From Raillietiella orientalis (taxonomy: Eukaryota), in NCBI GenBank assembly GCA_036172245.1, contig JAYWIR010000008.1, positions 5,022,001 through 5,086,000 of the forward strand: a DNA stretch of 64,000 bases, written 5' to 3'. The notes beneath the pieces were generated by a model. The model was given only the letters and a program-made list of their open reading frames with translations. It did not search any database and was not told the origin of the DNA. Shown piece after piece: positions 61,471 through 64,000 of the stretch. Within the stretch, counting starts at the first letter, position 1. The number at the start of each line of letters is the position of its first letter. A program made the position numbers and the translations under genes.

Positions 61471-64000
61471 GCAAGTCCACTGCAGCCGAGAGCACTACGT
61501 GAAGGAGGCGCGCATCACCGTCGCTGGAGCGGGCACGGCGGCACGCGCGCCAGCTCGAAAGAAGTCCTGCGTGCTAGTCGTCGTCCGCTGTGTCCTCCCG
61601 ATTTCTTTCCCTCGTCCTCCTCCTCCATCTCCCCCCTCCCCCGTGATCGGATCTCTCTTCAGCCTCGGGAGCCGCCCCCACGCGAAGCATCGTCATGTCA
61701 AACTTGAAACGCTTACAGACTGTAAAATACATGCGACACGGTTGTTACGAAGGAGTTGTCCGACCACTGGTTGCCACGGTTACCCTCTTCCTCAGGATTC
61801 ATAGCTCGTCTTCCCTTGTTTCTTTCCGTGGACCTCGGACCGGAGAAAAGCGTGACCTACCCATGCGCAGGCACGAGGCGATGGCTCCCTCGCAAGGGGT
61901 AGGCGACCCTGAACGGCAGCGCCCCGTCCGTCGCCCCGTGTAAGGGGCCTTTTGGTTCTTTCAGCTCTCTTGGAAGATTTAGACTCGTAGCCGTCTCTCG
62001 GTTGCCGTGATATTTCGTGATACTCTTTTCCTGCAATCTTCCCTCCTCTCCCCTTTTCCATCTTCCTTCTTCTCCCCACCCGCCAAGGTCACCTCTGGAG
62101 GTTCTCTGCGTGTGCACACTCTCAGAAGCACCCGATTTCTTCTTCGACTTGGATTGCGGACCCTGCCCACGTCGACCAGCTTTCTGCTTTTTGTAATCTT
62201 GATACGGGATGGCACGCATGAGCACGGGACAGAAAAATGCCTTCCCGTCCACTTTCCTCGTACTCTTCTTTCGGCTGCTGCTAACTCGGTTGCCTCCTGC
62301 CAGTCGACCGGGAGCAGTCCCGAAGGAGGTCACGAACGGTGCTCGCGGCGGAGAGGGATACTGTGTTCTGTCCCTTTCGTTTTCCTGGTTGCCTGGGATA
62401 ATTTTTCCAAGGTGTTCAGGAACCCTGCATCCCCCGTCGTTGCGTTTATTCTGTCGTAGGAGGAGGAGAGGGACGGACTGGGGAGAAGACTGAATGAAGG
62501 CCTGTGGCTCCCGTCCTTACCGGGTAGACAACCAAGCGGAGGCCGAAGGTTCCTCTGACTTTTGCTCAAATGTTATCGGCAAAAGAGCGGGGAGGTTTTT
62601 CGGGTGCCACTTCGGGTGATGCCACCCTCCCCTTTCGCGCTAGTAGACAAAGTGGGAACTTTTCGAGCAAGAGGGGAACCCCAGGTGCCTTCCCCATTCG
62701 TCGCGTAGTTGGAGTTTCACCCTTAAAGTTGGTGCCATAGGGAAGTGGGGAAGAATACGCAGACCCGGATGCCAACTCGAAAAGCTTTTCCGAGCAACCT
62801 TCGCTGACGACGGCCTCCGAGTCGGCGGAGCACCAGCGCAGCCATGCGGAATCATTTAGCACGAGCCAGTCAAGCGAGGGCGGCTGCTCGGGACGCCTCC
62901 GGGCATCCCGTTGGCAACGGTCGCCACTTATGTCTCCTTCACTTCGAGGGGTTTCCCTGTAGGTGGGCACTGCCGGCACCTGCAGACCCGGGGCTCATTC
63001 ATGCCGGCCACGGGAGCCTGCGTTTGTCCAGAGGAGACCGTTCTTGCGCGGGAGTATTTCCAAAGTCGCAGTTTTCAGCCTGCCCTCGCCGCCTCCATCA
63101 CAGCTGGCTGGCAGGAGGTGTCTTCGTGGCGCGTGATTTTCTTCCGAGCGCCCGTCGTCGCAGGCGACGTGGGTGGCGATGAGACTCCGCGCTCGGGTCT
63201 TAGCAGCAGCAGCGGCGGCTGCTGGCACTTCCAGACCTGCGGCCGGATTGCCGGCATGGTGTCTGCGAGTTGAGGGCAGCGCCGTGACATTATCCCTTCC
63301 CGGGGAGAAGCTGCGCCAGCCGTCTCAACCCAGGAGCCTCCTTGCCTGTCGTGCCCTTCCGGCAGATCTCCCGGTGCTTTGCAGCGGTGCTGCTTTCCCG
63401 TCCCTGCTTTTCTTGCAGGTGAAGCGGCAGAGTGGACGAGAACAGTGGTCGTCTTCTGGAGAGACCGCGCCGTGAGGAACTCGGTCCAGTGCGGCCGCCA
63501 TCCGGAGCGGGGCCCCTCGGTCCCGTTTCTTTCAGCACCATCTGGCACAGAGGAGCCAACTGCTCCACCTACGCGGTCGCGGAGGTCCCACGTCCGTACG
63601 CGGCGCTTCTCCTGGAGAAGCAGTCAGCGGCGAATCTCTCACCGGTATGCGCCTGCAGAGGACCTCCCAGTCCGCGTACATGGCATCGGGGGGGGGAGGG
63701 GGTCAGGTCAGGTGCGTTCGAGGGAATGATCCCGTACGCACTCCCTTTCCCTGTGCCTCTGTGGTTTTTCGGGAGATTACTTCATTCGGAATTTCCTGGA
63801 TCTCGTTCGAACCAGATCTGAGGGATCCGGGCTAGCTGATAAGAAAGGCAGTTCGGGCTTCAGCCCGTTTCTCTACATTCTCATCCGGAGGGATTACAGG
63901 ATACATCCAGATCTGACCGAAACAAATGCACCTTAATAAATGCGGCAATGTTTTGTTCCTCCCTGAATTCCCTTCTCACAAACTCATCCTTGTTTCGGGG

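Larger units (their letters stand above)
59340..63700 (-). mobile_element. Near full-length degenerate Ty3/Gypsy relic (gag-PR-RT-RH) containing KIF26 exons 12 and 13
   Basis: Minus strand in order: L....QKT.V..RF....DG (gag, ~63480-63400); RQCPPTGK..G.I...C (knuckle, ~62980); FELASGSAYS (PR DTG, ~62770); RAIPY..GASE.V..RE...P...LHGA (RT, 62220-61935); RLP.LK.DP; ADDD.HAG; DARL..VL (61690-61475); [exon 13]; EGH..EG..P..K..GL..SPLK (61340-61170); [exon 12]; LTVDAS..LAKTERQ..LPGR (59700-59515). Confidence 0.75.

Noticed and set aside
62088..62221. Phase-compatible terminal exon candidate (GHLWRF...)
   Set aside because: Antisense of the RT N-terminal motifs (RAIPY, GASESV); no KIF26 similarity.
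62741..62962. S/E/T-rich open frame after ccatag, looked like a KIF26 exon
   Set aside because: Wrong phase after exon 13, and it is the antisense of the Gypsy protease relic (FELASGSAYS).
63419..63644. Apparent exons after strong acceptors ttcttgcag and tttctttcag
   Set aside because: No KIF26 C-terminal motifs in any frame; the minus strand resembles Gypsy gag. Cannot be fully excluded without RNA data.
1..64000. Prokaryotic features (CRISPR arrays, operons, rRNA/tRNA) and the many 100-400 aa R/P/S/G-rich ORFs
   Set aside because: No regular repeat-spacer arrays or RNA-gene signatures seen; spliceosomal gene structure; long ORFs are expected by chance at this GC content.

Overview
Eukaryotic, GC-rich (by eye about 60-65%) genomic DNA, probably arthropod. 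Most ORF-track entries are spurious GC-rich ORFs. The window is dominated by one + strand, intron-rich kinesin-11 gene (KIF26/vab-8/CG14535-like). I could assemble 13 frame-consistent coding exons (15461-61470, about 1458 codons); the C-terminal coiled-coil exons probably lie beyond 64000. Candidate alternative first exons exist. The introns are largely filled with very degenerate retroelement relics (Ty3/Gypsy LTR-type and Tx1/L1-type non-LTR), nearly all antisense to the gene. The main finding is that conserved host exons sit INSIDE these relics. When an exon is removed and the flanking introns are read on the minus strand, the retroelement protein motifs continue in order across the gap. 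This holds for exons 1, 3, 4, 10, 11, 12 and 13 and for a promoter-like block. Even a 45-nt intron is the next piece (GHV-SEG) of a Gypsy RT. This suggests exon relocation into, or intron replacement by, retroelement DNA. All TE calls come from manual, frameshift-tolerant motif reading, their boundaries are approximate, and they need HMM confirmation.
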